Assembly (NCBI GenBank): GCA_002780795.1
Contig: PEUF01000041.1
Coordinates: 3,826-67,825 of the forward strand
Length of the DNA: 64,000 nucleotides
Source: Candidatus Roizmanbacteria bacterium CG02_land_8_20_14_3_00_36_15
GTDB lineage: Bacteria; Patescibacteriota; Microgenomatia; UBA1406; GWC2-37-13
Direction: 5' to 3'
Shown: positions 45,899 through 54,755 of the stretch, one piece after another
How the letters are laid out: each line of letters starts with the position of its first letter
How positions within the stretch are numbered: the first letter of the stretch is position 1
Notes under the pieces: model-generated
What the model saw: the letters and a program-made list of their open reading frames with translations, nothing else
What the model was told of the DNA's origin: nothing
The model's database searches: none
Position numbers and translations under genes: made by a program

Positions 45899-47618
45899 TT
45901 TTATAAATTAAGACTTTGGGATGATCATAGACGGTGAAAGTCTCTTCGGACCATGAATCATTAATTTGAAATTTAAAATTTAAAATTTTTAATTCTGGAT
46001 ACGCCGAAAATTCCATAATTTTTTTATAATTCGTCTTCCCATCAAACAAATTTTTGTAGAACTTACTCATTATTGGATATCTGGTCGGCGCATCCATGAT
46101 GCTCCCCCATCCTCTGTTTGACGATAAGATATAATAGTCAGCCCGTTTCATTTGTTCTTTAATTTTTTCCATCTTCTCGGGACCGTCCGGATCAAAAATA
46201 TTTATCGCTTCTAACTTGAAAGTCTTTCCGTAATTCTTTTCCAAAGATAAAGGTAATGGATCATCCCAATGCTCCCAAAGAATCGTCGAATTATTAGGTA
46301 GATTTTTAAAGACCCATTCGGAAGCAACAACCCGGCTGTGTTTTTGCCGATAAATTGAAGTAAAGGCAATCGGCCAAAGTAATAGAAAAATAATTAAAAT
46401 AAAATCCGAAACAAATACCAATGTTTTTAATTTTAAAAATTTGAGTTTAAACATTGTTTCGAATTTCGATATTTGCGCCCCGAATTTACTTATTCCTATC
46501 CCCGAAAATATCGCAAAAAACGGATAAAGATAAATGGTGTAACGGATGGATTTGACAAACTGAACAGATTGATAAACAAAATAGCCCAAAACCCAAAGTA
46601 ATATTCCTGAGAATAAATAGTTTTTAGATTTTAGATGTGGATTTGAGATTATCCACCCGATGCCAATAATCATAAATATAAAGTAAGGTAACCCTACTCC
46701 GAAAAACATCAAATTTGTTAAAAGAAAGCTTACCGGTTTTCCAATCCACTGAACCGCCGGCGGATACCAGATATCTGGCCGGCTAAGCTGAGTTAACGAC
46801 TTTAAACTATCAACAAATAACTTATTTAATCTTGGGTCAAAAAAATTAGAGCTTTGAAAATAATAAGGATCGCTAAAACGTAAGGTTAAATAACCAACTA
46901 TAAGATATGTGACTGAAAGGAAAAGTATCTTAATCAAATCTTTTAAAGATTGTCTTTTATAAAGACAGTCTTTAAATAAAAAAAACAGAATTAAAGGGAG
47001 AATATAAAAGGCACTAACTTTGCAGGCTAAAGCGAAACCGAAAAAGATAGCGGATAAAAAATTTTTTTTACGTAACGCACAGTAAAACGACGCAAACATA
47101 AAAAAATTTAAAAAGCTATCAACGGTAAAAAAGTGAGAGGCTTGAATTGGGCAGACGGCAATAGCATAAAAAAAGGCAGACCAAAAAGGAATTGTCGAAA
47201 CTGGTTGAAATTTGTTGAAATTAGCTTTATGAAATTTAATCGTTAATAACTCTGCCGACTTATAAACTAAAATAACAATCAAGAAATCAAAAAAGGCTGA
47301 CAGTATCCTTCCTTGGATGGTAAAAAAATTATAACTATCTGCTCCAGTCGTTAATGCTAATAATTTATTTAAAACCAGTGGAAAAATTCCATAAACATAG
47401 AATTTGTAACCAATGTTGTTAGGATTGAAAGTTGAGCGTTGAACGTCTAAATAATCCTTGAAGGAATCGGGAACTTTCATCGCCTCTCCCACCATGGTTA
47501 AAAATCTTTCATCAGGGTGAAGATGGTAATTACTATCCCAGTTAGGATTATTAAAGCGGAAAACTATTGCGGAAAAAAGAATTAACAGTAATAAAATCCA
47601 TCGCATAATTGAATTCAT
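45882..47618 (-). CDS. Large polytopic membrane glycosyltransferase-like protein (ArnT/PMT- or DUF2298-type)
   Basis: First loop HLHPDERFLTM, many TM helices and a soluble C-terminal domain. Three heptamer arrays in frame. Confidence 0.5.
   Translation of the reverse strand: MNSIMRWILLLLILFSAIVFRFNNPNWDSNYHLHPDERFLTMVGEAMKVPDSFKDYLDVQRSTFNPNNIGYKFYVYGIFPLVLNKLLALTTGADSYNFFTIQGRILSAFFDFLIVILVYKSAELLTIKFHKANFNKFQPVSTIPFWSAFFYAIAVCPIQASHFFTVDSFLNFFMFASFYCALRKKNFLSAIFFGFALACKVSAFYILPLILFFLFKDCLYKRQSLKDLIKILFLSVTYLIVGYLTLRFSDPYYFQSSNFFDPRLNKLFVDSLKSLTQLSRPDIWYPPAVQWIGKPVSFLLTNLMFFGVGLPYFIFMIIGIGWIISNPHLKSKNYLFSGILLWVLGYFVYQSVQFVKSIRYTIYLYPFFAIFSGIGISKFGAQISKFETMFKLKFLKLKTLVFVSDFILIIFLLLWPIAFTSIYRQKHSRVVASEWVFKNLPNNSTILWEHWDDPLPLSLEKNYGKTFKLEAINIFDPDGPEKMEKIKEQMKRADYYILSSNRGWGSIMDAPTRYPIMSKFYKNLFDGKTNYKKIMEFSAYPELKILNFKFQINDSWSEETFTVYDHPKVLIYKNAKKS
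45963..45997. repeat. Heptamer array AATTTNA x5 inside the large membrane GT ORF
   Basis: aatttga|aatttaa|aatttaa|aattttt|aattctg. Confidence 0.8.
46626..46653. repeat. Heptamer array (AGATTTT family) inside the large membrane GT ORF
   Basis: agatttt|agatgtg|gatttga|gattatc. Shares a 15-mer with 3721-3735. Confidence 0.7.
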
Positions 47619-47631
47619 TAATCTTGTTAGT

Positions 47632-48720
47632 CTACTTTTCTTTTTTAACTCTTTTCAGGATTTTTGAAAAAAGATCTAGAACTTTGAAAAGATTTTTTCC
47701 TTCTTTTTTAATCACTTTTGGTTGTCCTTTCTTAGGAATCAAGGAAAACACCGCTTCGAATAATCCCCCACTTTTTTCTTCCTTGACAAAAAGCTTAGCT
47801 TTAACTAAATCTGGTTCTTTTTTCAGAAAAAAACTAAAGCGTTGAAAAAAACCGCCGACGAGACGGCGGTTATTTTGGGAAAGATTTTTTGAGCTAATCT
47901 CTATTTTGTTTTCATCTTTGAGATTGAAAAAAAATCTCAAAAAATCCTGGGTAGTGATAATACCTAATGGCCGTCGCCGATCATCAACAATAACCACGCT
48001 GCCTATTTCTTTAGCTAATATCAAATTCAAGGCTTCGCTCATCAAATGGATCGGTGTTAAAGTCAGAATATAATTTTTGGCAAAGTTTTTAACCTGGTAA
48101 TGATAAAAATTAATCTTATCACCAACTCGATCGCCTCGACGTTCAACGTTCCTGGGTTTTATTAAATAAGATATTAAGTCATAATAAGTCAATATGCCTT
48201 TTAGTTTTAAATACTTACTAAGCACTAACAGTTTGGAAACTTTTTTTTCTTTGAATAGTGTCAGAGCCCTGGAAACAAGATCATTTTCATAGACCGATAT
48301 CAACAGATTTTTTTTTGTTTTTAAGTAATCGCCGATTTTAATCTTAAATAGCGGGGAATCTTTATTCGCTTCGATTAATCTCCGAGCAGAAATAATACCG
48401 ATAAATTTATCTTGATTGTCAAAAACTGGTAGATAATGTATTTTTGATTCGATGAACAGACGAGCTACTTTATTAATTGGAGTATTTATTTTTATTCTTG
48501 GAGCGTGAAAAAGACAGTTTTCTACTTTGGCATTATAAGGGTATGAGGTTTTAAACAGACAATAATATGGGTTGATTATCCCCAAATATTTATTTTCGCC
48601 GGAAAAAACAAATGCTCCATCATGTGAAGTAGATAGTTTGGCTAAGGCTGAAGATAAGGTATCTTGTGAACTAACTCTAATAATATTTTCATTTTTAATT
48701 ATGTCTTTTAGTCTAACCAT
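47632..48720 (-). CDS. Four-CBS-domain protein with a C-terminal RaiA/HPF-like domain
   Basis: Four CBS repeats recognisable. The last ~90 aa (IEISSKNLS...AKLFVKEEKSGGLFEAVFSLIPKKGQPKVIKKEGKNLFKVLDLFSKILKRV) follow the ribosome hibernation factor pattern. Confidence 0.5.
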   Translation of the reverse strand: MVRLKDIIKNENIIRVSSQDTLSSALAKLSTSHDGAFVFSGENKYLGIINPYYCLFKTSYPYNAKVENCLFHAPRIKINTPINKVARLFIESKIHYLPVFDNQDKFIGIISARRLIEANKDSPLFKIKIGDYLKTKKNLLISVYENDLVSRALTLFKEKKVSKLLVLSKYLKLKGILTYYDLISYLIKPRNVERRGDRVGDKINFYHYQVKNFAKNYILTLTPIHLMSEALNLILAKEIGSVVIVDDRRRPLGIITTQDFLRFFFNLKDENKIEISSKNLSQNNRRLVGGFFQRFSFFLKKEPDLVKAKLFVKEEKSGGLFEAVFSLIPKKGQPKVIKKEGKNLFKVLDLFSKILKRVKKEK

Positions 48721-48773
48721 GGATTAAAAAAAAGAATAAGCCATATTTAATGGCTTGTCAACAAGAGAATCAA

Positions 48774-49973
48774 TCAGATTAGAAACTTCCCGTCTTGATA
48801 CAATTTTTTACAAATATTATTTTTCAAAATTACTTCTACTAAACGGGGCCCGGTAGCAATGATATCAGTGTGTTCCGTCGATTGATTAAAACCTAGTTTC
48901 CACCATTGCTTTTCCGTTAACGATTTTACCTCACCCTGATAACAATCATGATATGAAGATCCAAGAGCTAGATGAGTGTTGCCAAACTTTCCACCAAAGT
49001 TTTCGTCAAATAAAGTATCAGCCATAAACCGGCTGATTTTAGAGAAACGATTGTCGGTCAAAGAGAACTCACCAATTTTGTCCGCGTTTTTTTGGGAAAT
49101 AATCGCTCTTAAAAGTTTTTCGTTTTCTTTAGCTTTAACTTTAACAACCTTTCCATCCTTGAACTCGAGATAGATTCCTTTAATTAAGTTGCCATAACGA
49201 TATAAAGGAAAGTCAAAATAAATATGACCGTTAGTCCCTCGCCAATCAGGCGAAGTAAAGATTTCAAAAGAAGGAATATTACATCCATCTCCTCCTCGCC
49301 ATCGTCTTTTTTCACCAATTTTAATCCAAAGATCAGTATCCTTGGCTGTTAGATGCAGTTTGTCAATCGACAAACTATTAAGTTTAGTTTTTATTTTGTT
49401 TATTTCTGTAAAAACTTCCTGCCATTTTTTAATCGGATCAACTTCAGCCAAATAACAGGCATTAAAAATCTCTTGCCAAAACTCTTTCAACGTTAATCCT
49501 GCTTCCTTAGCCGTACCTGCAGTCCCGTATAAACAAAGAGTCCATGTTAATTTACCTTTATCTTCTTTTTCAAAAAGCCATCGGCGAAGCATTTGTTTTT
49601 CGGAATTAGCAGTGACAATCCTTTTGGGGTCAACGTTTTTAAGTAAAAAAGGATTTGTGGGAGCAATCAAATAAATTCTATGGTCAATGGTGTCGACTAA
49701 AGTTTTTGTATATTTTTTGGGAAAGAATTTTAGCTGATCATCTGTCGCCACATCAAACATAGCTTTTTGGAACCGTTCCTCGATTCCTCTTACCATTGGA
49801 TAACCGCCTTTTTCCAAGATTCGTTTAAAAACGGTTAGAGCTAATGGTAAGGCTTCGGTATCATATTGAAGATAAACCACTTCTTTCTCCTTAATCCCTT
49901 TCCCCTTCCCAAGGGCAAAATCCACCATCACTTTGGCATAGTTTTCGAGAATTTTTTGGGAAGGAACAAACAT
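48774..49973 (-). CDS. Aminopeptidase, M29 (AmpS/PepS) family
   Basis: About 400 aa. FGNTHLALGSSY and the TEHTDI region are typical of M29. Confidence 0.75.
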   Translation of the reverse strand: MFVPSQKILENYAKVMVDFALGKGKGIKEKEVVYLQYDTEALPLALTVFKRILEKGGYPMVRGIEERFQKAMFDVATDDQLKFFPKKYTKTLVDTIDHRIYLIAPTNPFLLKNVDPKRIVTANSEKQMLRRWLFEKEDKGKLTWTLCLYGTAGTAKEAGLTLKEFWQEIFNACYLAEVDPIKKWQEVFTEINKIKTKLNSLSIDKLHLTAKDTDLWIKIGEKRRWRGGDGCNIPSFEIFTSPDWRGTNGHIYFDFPLYRYGNLIKGIYLEFKDGKVVKVKAKENEKLLRAIISQKNADKIGEFSLTDNRFSKISRFMADTLFDENFGGKFGNTHLALGSSYHDCYQGEVKSLTEKQWWKLGFNQSTEHTDIIATGPRLVEVILKNNICKKLYQDGKFLI

Positions 49974-50010
49974 AAGAATAATAGTATACCATCTGATAAA
50001 ATATATTTAT

Positions 50011-50217
50011 ATGAGTAATATTTGGGACTATGATAAAAAGGAGTTGGAGAAAACTGAAGAAGGAAGAATCAAAATACTGGAGCGGAAAATAAACTTTGGA
50101 GTTTATTTGAAAGATAAAGAAAAGGTCCCTGTTAATGAAGTAAAAAAATATTGGAACAGATTGAAACTCGATTCAGGAAGGAAAAATTTTCTCAAATTTA
50201 TCATATGGGGAAAATAG
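50011..50217 (+). CDS. Small protein upstream of, and overlapping, the AbiEii-like gene (candidate cognate partner)
   Basis: 68 aa. Its stop overlaps the likely AbiEii start by 13 nt. No wHTH motif recognised. Confidence 0.35.
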   Translation: MSNIWDYDKKELEKTEEGRIKILERKINFGVYLKDKEKVPVNEVKKYWNRLKLDSGRKNFLKFIIWGK

Positions 50218-50861
50218 GTTTTACTCCTTTTCAAAAATTAGTTTTTAACAAAATTTCTCAAGAAAAGTCTTTAAGAGAAGCGTTTTATTTTGGTGGCGGA
50301 ACCGCTTTAAATGTCTTTTATTTTAATCATCGTTATTCTGTAGACCTGGACTTTTTTTCTGAAAAAGAGTTTGATAAAGACGTTATTATTAAATTCATAA
50401 ATTCTTTATCAGTTAAATTAAGAACTTTTGTAAAAATGACCAAAAAAGAAATGGCCATGTGGTTTGAGCTGGAAAAAGACAACGAAACTCTTAAAGTTGA
50501 TTTTCTTAATTTCCCCTATTCAAGAATCGCTAAAGGTTCTGTCTATCAAAATATCGACATTGACAGTCTTCTCGATATTGGTACCAATAAATTGCTGTTG
50601 TTAAATCTAACTGCAGAACCCAAGGATTATGTCGATCTTTATTTCATCTTAAAAGAAAAATATTCTATCTGGGATTTGATTGAAGGCGCAAAAATTAAAT
50701 TTAAACTTGATCTTGACCTAATTTCTTTGGGGGAAGATTTTATGAACGCGGGGACAATTAAAGTCCTTCCTCAAATGATTAAACCGTTAACTTTAGACGA
50801 ATTAAAATCTTTCTTTAAATTACAAGCTATCAAACTTGGAGCGAAAATAGTGAAAAAATAA
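50205..50861 (+). CDS. Nucleotidyltransferase AbiEii/AbiGii toxin family (DUF1814) protein
   Basis: FYFGGGTALNVFYFNHRYSVDLDFF matches the GGTAL...HR.S.DlDf signature. Start taken at MGKIGFTPF. Confidence 0.7.
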   Translation: MGKIGFTPFQKLVFNKISQEKSLREAFYFGGGTALNVFYFNHRYSVDLDFFSEKEFDKDVIIKFINSLSVKLRTFVKMTKKEMAMWFELEKDNETLKVDFLNFPYSRIAKGSVYQNIDIDSLLDIGTNKLLLLNLTAEPKDYVDLYFILKEKYSIWDLIEGAKIKFKLDLDLISLGEDFMNAGTIKVLPQMIKPLTLDELKSFFKLQAIKLGAKIVKK

Positions 50862-50880
50862 ATAGTTTTCAAGGATTTTT

Positions 50881-51798
50881 TTAAGTTTTAACGATTAGCC
50901 TAGCAAAATCACTAGGTTCAAAATTAGGCGGATAACCATCACGAGCAATTTGTATAACTTTATCCCAAGTTCCCTGAAAGTCTATTCTGTGAGGAACGAC
51001 TAATTCATAAGGAAACCCTAATCTTTTGAATCTTGCTCTTTCTCTAGTTATTGAAACTTCATCATCAAAATAAAAATAATCTGAATATTCATTTTGCGAT
51101 ACAGTTTCGCCATTTTCGTTGTATTCAAAATTCATTCCAGTATTTCTTCTATCAGGACTAGTATAGCTATTAATATATATTATTCTCTCGACTTCTCCTT
51201 CTAATGGAGTAAATGTAGCTAAAGAAATAATATTCTTATCTACATCTTTTCCGTCTCCATTTCTTAACGACAAACTTTCATATAGCCCTCCATGATTTCT
51301 TCTTGGTTGGCCAGAAAATAATGGATCAAAACTAAATTCTGCATTATATTTTACTGCTAATCCATTTGTTTCGGGCGGAATGTACGGTGAACTATCTATT
51401 TTTCCACTGTTATCTTTCACTATGTAATCTCCTATTTTTAATATGGGATCATCATCTAACCACTCGATTCCAGAAAAGCTAAAAGGAATATGAATCGGAG
51501 CAAGGATAACGCTTAATAATCGCTCTCTAATTTCATAAATTTGTTTCCAGTTTTTTTTGTTTTTTTCCTCAATCTGTTTACATACTAGAAAAAAATTATC
51601 TGCAGCTCTTAGAACTTTTCTTACGCTTAATAAATCAGTTAATTTACCTCTATCTAATACACTAAGATTATTATTTACTACTTCAATAATTCTCGCTTCA
51701 ATTAAGGGGTTAGTTGATTCAACATAAGCGTCACCTATCTCTCTTTGTAACGAGGTAAAATTATCTTCTCCAATTTCTCCGTTATCTTCTATTGACAT
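50881..51798 (-). CDS. Hypothetical protein
   Basis: 305-aa ORF with no recognisable motif. Confidence 0.4.
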   Translation of the reverse strand: MSIEDNGEIGEDNFTSLQREIGDAYVESTNPLIEARIIEVVNNNLSVLDRGKLTDLLSVRKVLRAADNFFLVCKQIEEKNKKNWKQIYEIRERLLSVILAPIHIPFSFSGIEWLDDDPILKIGDYIVKDNSGKIDSSPYIPPETNGLAVKYNAEFSFDPLFSGQPRRNHGGLYESLSLRNGDGKDVDKNIISLATFTPLEGEVERIIYINSYTSPDRRNTGMNFEYNENGETVSQNEYSDYFYFDDEVSITRERARFKRLGFPYELVVPHRIDFQGTWDKVIQIARDGYPPNFEPSDFARLIVKT

Positions 51799-51852
51799 AT
51801 ATTTGTATTCTATAGGATACTTATTAAATTAACTTGACTCTTATCTGACTTT

Positions 51853-53283
51853 TTGATATCTTATAGTAATATGAAAATATTAAGTTATTTGGAGACTTAC
51901 CAATTGATTGATAAGCTGGCGAAAAAAGTCAATTTAAAATTAACCGATGATCTTCCCTCAAAAATTGTAATATGCTCTGGGCTTTTAGACGATTGGGTCG
52001 AAGCTCTGGTTATTTTAGCTTCGGAAAAAGGTGATTTTAGCGAAGGTCAGGCCTATGAATATCTTGAGCAGAAGGGCTATTTTACGACTTTTCTGAACCA
52101 AGTTCCCAAAAACCAGCAAGTTTACCTTATCAATCCCCGCCTCGCCTCAAATACAGACTGGATTAAAATCAATAAAATTATCAACAACAAAAACCGCCTT
52201 TTTTCTCCCCTTTTTACCAAATGGCTAAAAAAACAAAATCTATTTGATTCTTTGATTAACGACGACCAACCAACCACGTTTTCCGAAGATAAAGTCATCA
52301 GGCTTCTTTTCAGTAAAATCAACCACCTTGTCAAAAGAGATGATATCGCTCAAGCTTTATGGAACAAATCGTGGCTGGAGAAGTATTCTGATTATATGAT
52401 CGATAAAATTATTTCCCGCCTGCGCAAAAAAATCACTAAGCCGTATAAAATAATTACCTTAAAAAACCGTGGTTTTATATTCTCAAAAAAACCTGAGTTT
52501 TCTTTAGATTTGGACAAAGTTTTGCCAACTATCCCTCCTCAAGGGATATACGCACATTCGGAATATATCGAGTATATGAACAACCCAAAAAATCTCAGAA
52601 AAACCCTCTTTGATCTGTTTATATCTCTAGAAACAGAGTTGGTCGAATCAAAATTAAAAGCTGTTCTGTCTTCTCAAAAACCCTTATCAATTCTTGTGAT
52701 TAACTCCTACTCTTATGACAATATTGACGTTATCGTCAGTTGGCTATCAAAAAGGGGGGCAAAAGACAGAATAATTTTCAGCCATCTGGATGATCGATCG
52801 CTAAAACTCCATCAAAAAAGAATTTTTGATCTGGGGCTTGACCACCTTGAAACTATCTATGACGATATCCGTAAAACCAGACTGACACCAAAGTCATTTG
52901 ATCTGATTATTAATGACTTTCGCTTAAATTTTAATACTTCCCATCAGCAAAATTTATCAGCCATGAAAAACATACGTAAGATTGTCAAATCAGACGGTTT
53001 TGTCCTTATTTCAGTTGTTGTTGACCCTCGTTTTGAATCAGAAAGATTTGGTCACGATCAGGAAAAAGCACCCTTAAATAAATTTTCTCCATCAACATTT
53101 ATCTTCACGGAAGGTCTTCAAAGATACTGTTATACCGTCCCTTATTACAAAAAACTGTTTAAGAACAGTGGATTTATTATTGTCAAGGAATTTGATATCA
53201 AAGAAGGTAAATCATGGTTTAAAAAATATCAGTATACTCAACATCAAGAACCAGCCTTCAGAAGATTTTTACTTCGTCCTTGA
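51853..53283 (+). CDS. OmpR/PhoB-type winged-helix domain fused to a methyltransferase-like C-terminal domain
   Basis: The central KRDDIAQALWNKSWLEKYSDYMIDKIISRLRKKI...ITLKNRGFIF matches Trans_reg_C. The C-terminal region (FDLIINDFRLNF, DGFVLISVV) looks like a class I MTase fold. No receiver domain. Confidence 0.5.
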   Translation: MISYSNMKILSYLETYQLIDKLAKKVNLKLTDDLPSKIVICSGLLDDWVEALVILASEKGDFSEGQAYEYLEQKGYFTTFLNQVPKNQQVYLINPRLASNTDWIKINKIINNKNRLFSPLFTKWLKKQNLFDSLINDDQPTTFSEDKVIRLLFSKINHLVKRDDIAQALWNKSWLEKYSDYMIDKIISRLRKKITKPYKIITLKNRGFIFSKKPEFSLDLDKVLPTIPPQGIYAHSEYIEYMNNPKNLRKTLFDLFISLETELVESKLKAVLSSQKPLSILVINSYSYDNIDVIVSWLSKRGAKDRIIFSHLDDRSLKLHQKRIFDLGLDHLETIYDDIRKTRLTPKSFDLIINDFRLNFNTSHQQNLSAMKNIRKIVKSDGFVLISVVVDPRFESERFGHDQEKAPLNKFSPSTFIFTEGLQRYCYTVPYYKKLFKNSGFIIVKEFDIKEGKSWFKKYQYTQHQEPAFRRFLLRP

Positions 53284-53561
53284 GATGTAATTAATTGAGG
53301 TGTATTAAAATTTAGAGAGTCTACCTGTTCAAAAAAGGCTGCGACCGTCCTTTCAAAATTAATATTCAGTGGATAAGTCTTGGAAGACTCCACCTGTTCA
53401 ATCTTTCCCATGTGAGCTAAACCTTTGTAAACTTTCTGTAAAATTCCTTTATCGTTATAAATTAAATTATAGGAAGAATCATTCTCAACAATAATATATT
53501 TAACTCCTTCTTGGTTATGGAAAATTACTGGACCAAAATCGAGCGTATTTCCTTCGACCAT
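53244..53561 (-). CDS. Hypothetical protein
   Basis: 105-aa ORF, convergent with and overlapping the previous gene's end by 40 nt. Confidence 0.3.
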   Translation of the reverse strand: MVEGNTLDFGPVIFHNQEGVKYIIVENDSSYNLIYNDKGILQKVYKGLAHMGKIEQVESSKTYPLNINFERTVAAFFEQVDSLNFNTPQLITSQGRSKNLLKAGS

Positions 53562-53591
53562 ATTATAAATAGTATAGTATAATTCTTCAAG

Positions 53592-54674
53592 CTAAATCAA
53601 AAAGTTAAGTAGATTACTGTCAAAACCTTTGATTAATACTCCATAGTTAAATTTTTTCTCATCTGACCAAACTCTTTTAGCAGAAAAAATAATTTGATTA
53701 TGGGCATCATCTTTGGGATTTAATAGATGATAAAAGGCTTTTAACAGATAACCGCCATTAGATAAATATAAGATGGATGGTTTAGTTAGATTAAATGGTA
53801 ATGGAGGTATTTCAGGTTTCGCCTCTACCCTATCTCCATGAAGATCGTTCCTGAATTTATTCCAAGGATAACGATCATCATATTCTCTAGGCAGACTTTT
53901 GCTAAAGTCACCCATATCGCCAACAACATAACCTTTATTTTTGTCTCCTGATGTCAACTCACCGGCATAGACTATATAGTTGGCATGCTTTTTTATTCCG
54001 ACATATTTTCTGATACTTTCACCCTCTGACAAACCAAGACCAAGATAACCGACGTTAATCTCTATCTCTATCTGATTATCCCTGGCAAATCTTTTTAAGA
54101 CGGCAATTCCCTGCGGTGTGGCAACGATGACGTCTATTCTTACCTTTTTATTAACTATCGATAATCTATCGTATTGGTAAAACAGAGATAAAACACCGAC
54201 AATCGAATCACCGGAGGCAAGACAGTCTTCTATTATCCTTAGGTTATATTGCGAACGTTTCTTAATCAATACTTTACTTAGTTGGAAAAGATATTTTTGA
54301 TATTGAGCTCTCTTTTCCGGTTTATCAGTCGCTCCATTCTCATTAGCCAAACAAGCAATGTGACAAGGAACAGGGTCAAAAGAGTCATAAAAAATTTTAA
54401 TAGAAAAACCATCCTCTTTTTTAAAAAGTTGTTCAATGAATCTAGTGGCCAAGAGACTGCCCGGCAAAAACTCAGCCAATATTGGCGGAAGGCTGATAAA
54501 AAATTGAGCTCTTCTTTCTTGTTTTCCTTTTTCAAGTGAAGGATCATGAACCGTAAAAAGATTTCGACTGTCGCCATGGATAACAAGGCGTTTTGCCAAT
54601 AAGAAATTATGTTGTTTTAATAACTTAAGCAACATTTTACCTTTCTGATAAGAAGATCTCATTTGCTTTTCCAT
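53592..54674 (-). CDS. Uracil phosphoribosyltransferase-like (type I PRTase) protein with N- and C-terminal extensions
   Basis: PRPP loop RIIEDCLASGDSIVG, VIVATPQGIAVL and GYVVGDMGDF (compare UPRT YIVPGLGDAGDR). Confidence 0.45.
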   Translation of the reverse strand: MEKQMRSSYQKGKMLLKLLKQHNFLLAKRLVIHGDSRNLFTVHDPSLEKGKQERRAQFFISLPPILAEFLPGSLLATRFIEQLFKKEDGFSIKIFYDSFDPVPCHIACLANENGATDKPEKRAQYQKYLFQLSKVLIKKRSQYNLRIIEDCLASGDSIVGVLSLFYQYDRLSIVNKKVRIDVIVATPQGIAVLKRFARDNQIEIEINVGYLGLGLSEGESIRKYVGIKKHANYIVYAGELTSGDKNKGYVVGDMGDFSKSLPREYDDRYPWNKFRNDLHGDRVEAKPEIPPLPFNLTKPSILYLSNGGYLLKAFYHLLNPKDDAHNQIIFSAKRVWSDEKKFNYGVLIKGFDSNLLNFLI

Positions 54675-54708
54675 CGTGTTTATTATTTAAACTTTTCTCC
54701 TGAATATT

Positions 54709-54755
54709 GATTTTTATAAACTTAATAAGCTTTACGAACTTTATAGACTTTTATA
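54709..54755. repeat. 47-bp ACTTTAT-type repeat element flanked by a 13-bp direct repeat
   Basis: TCTCCTGAATATT at 54696-54708 and again at 54756-54768. The second copy contains the guaB stop codon. Confidence 0.75.
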
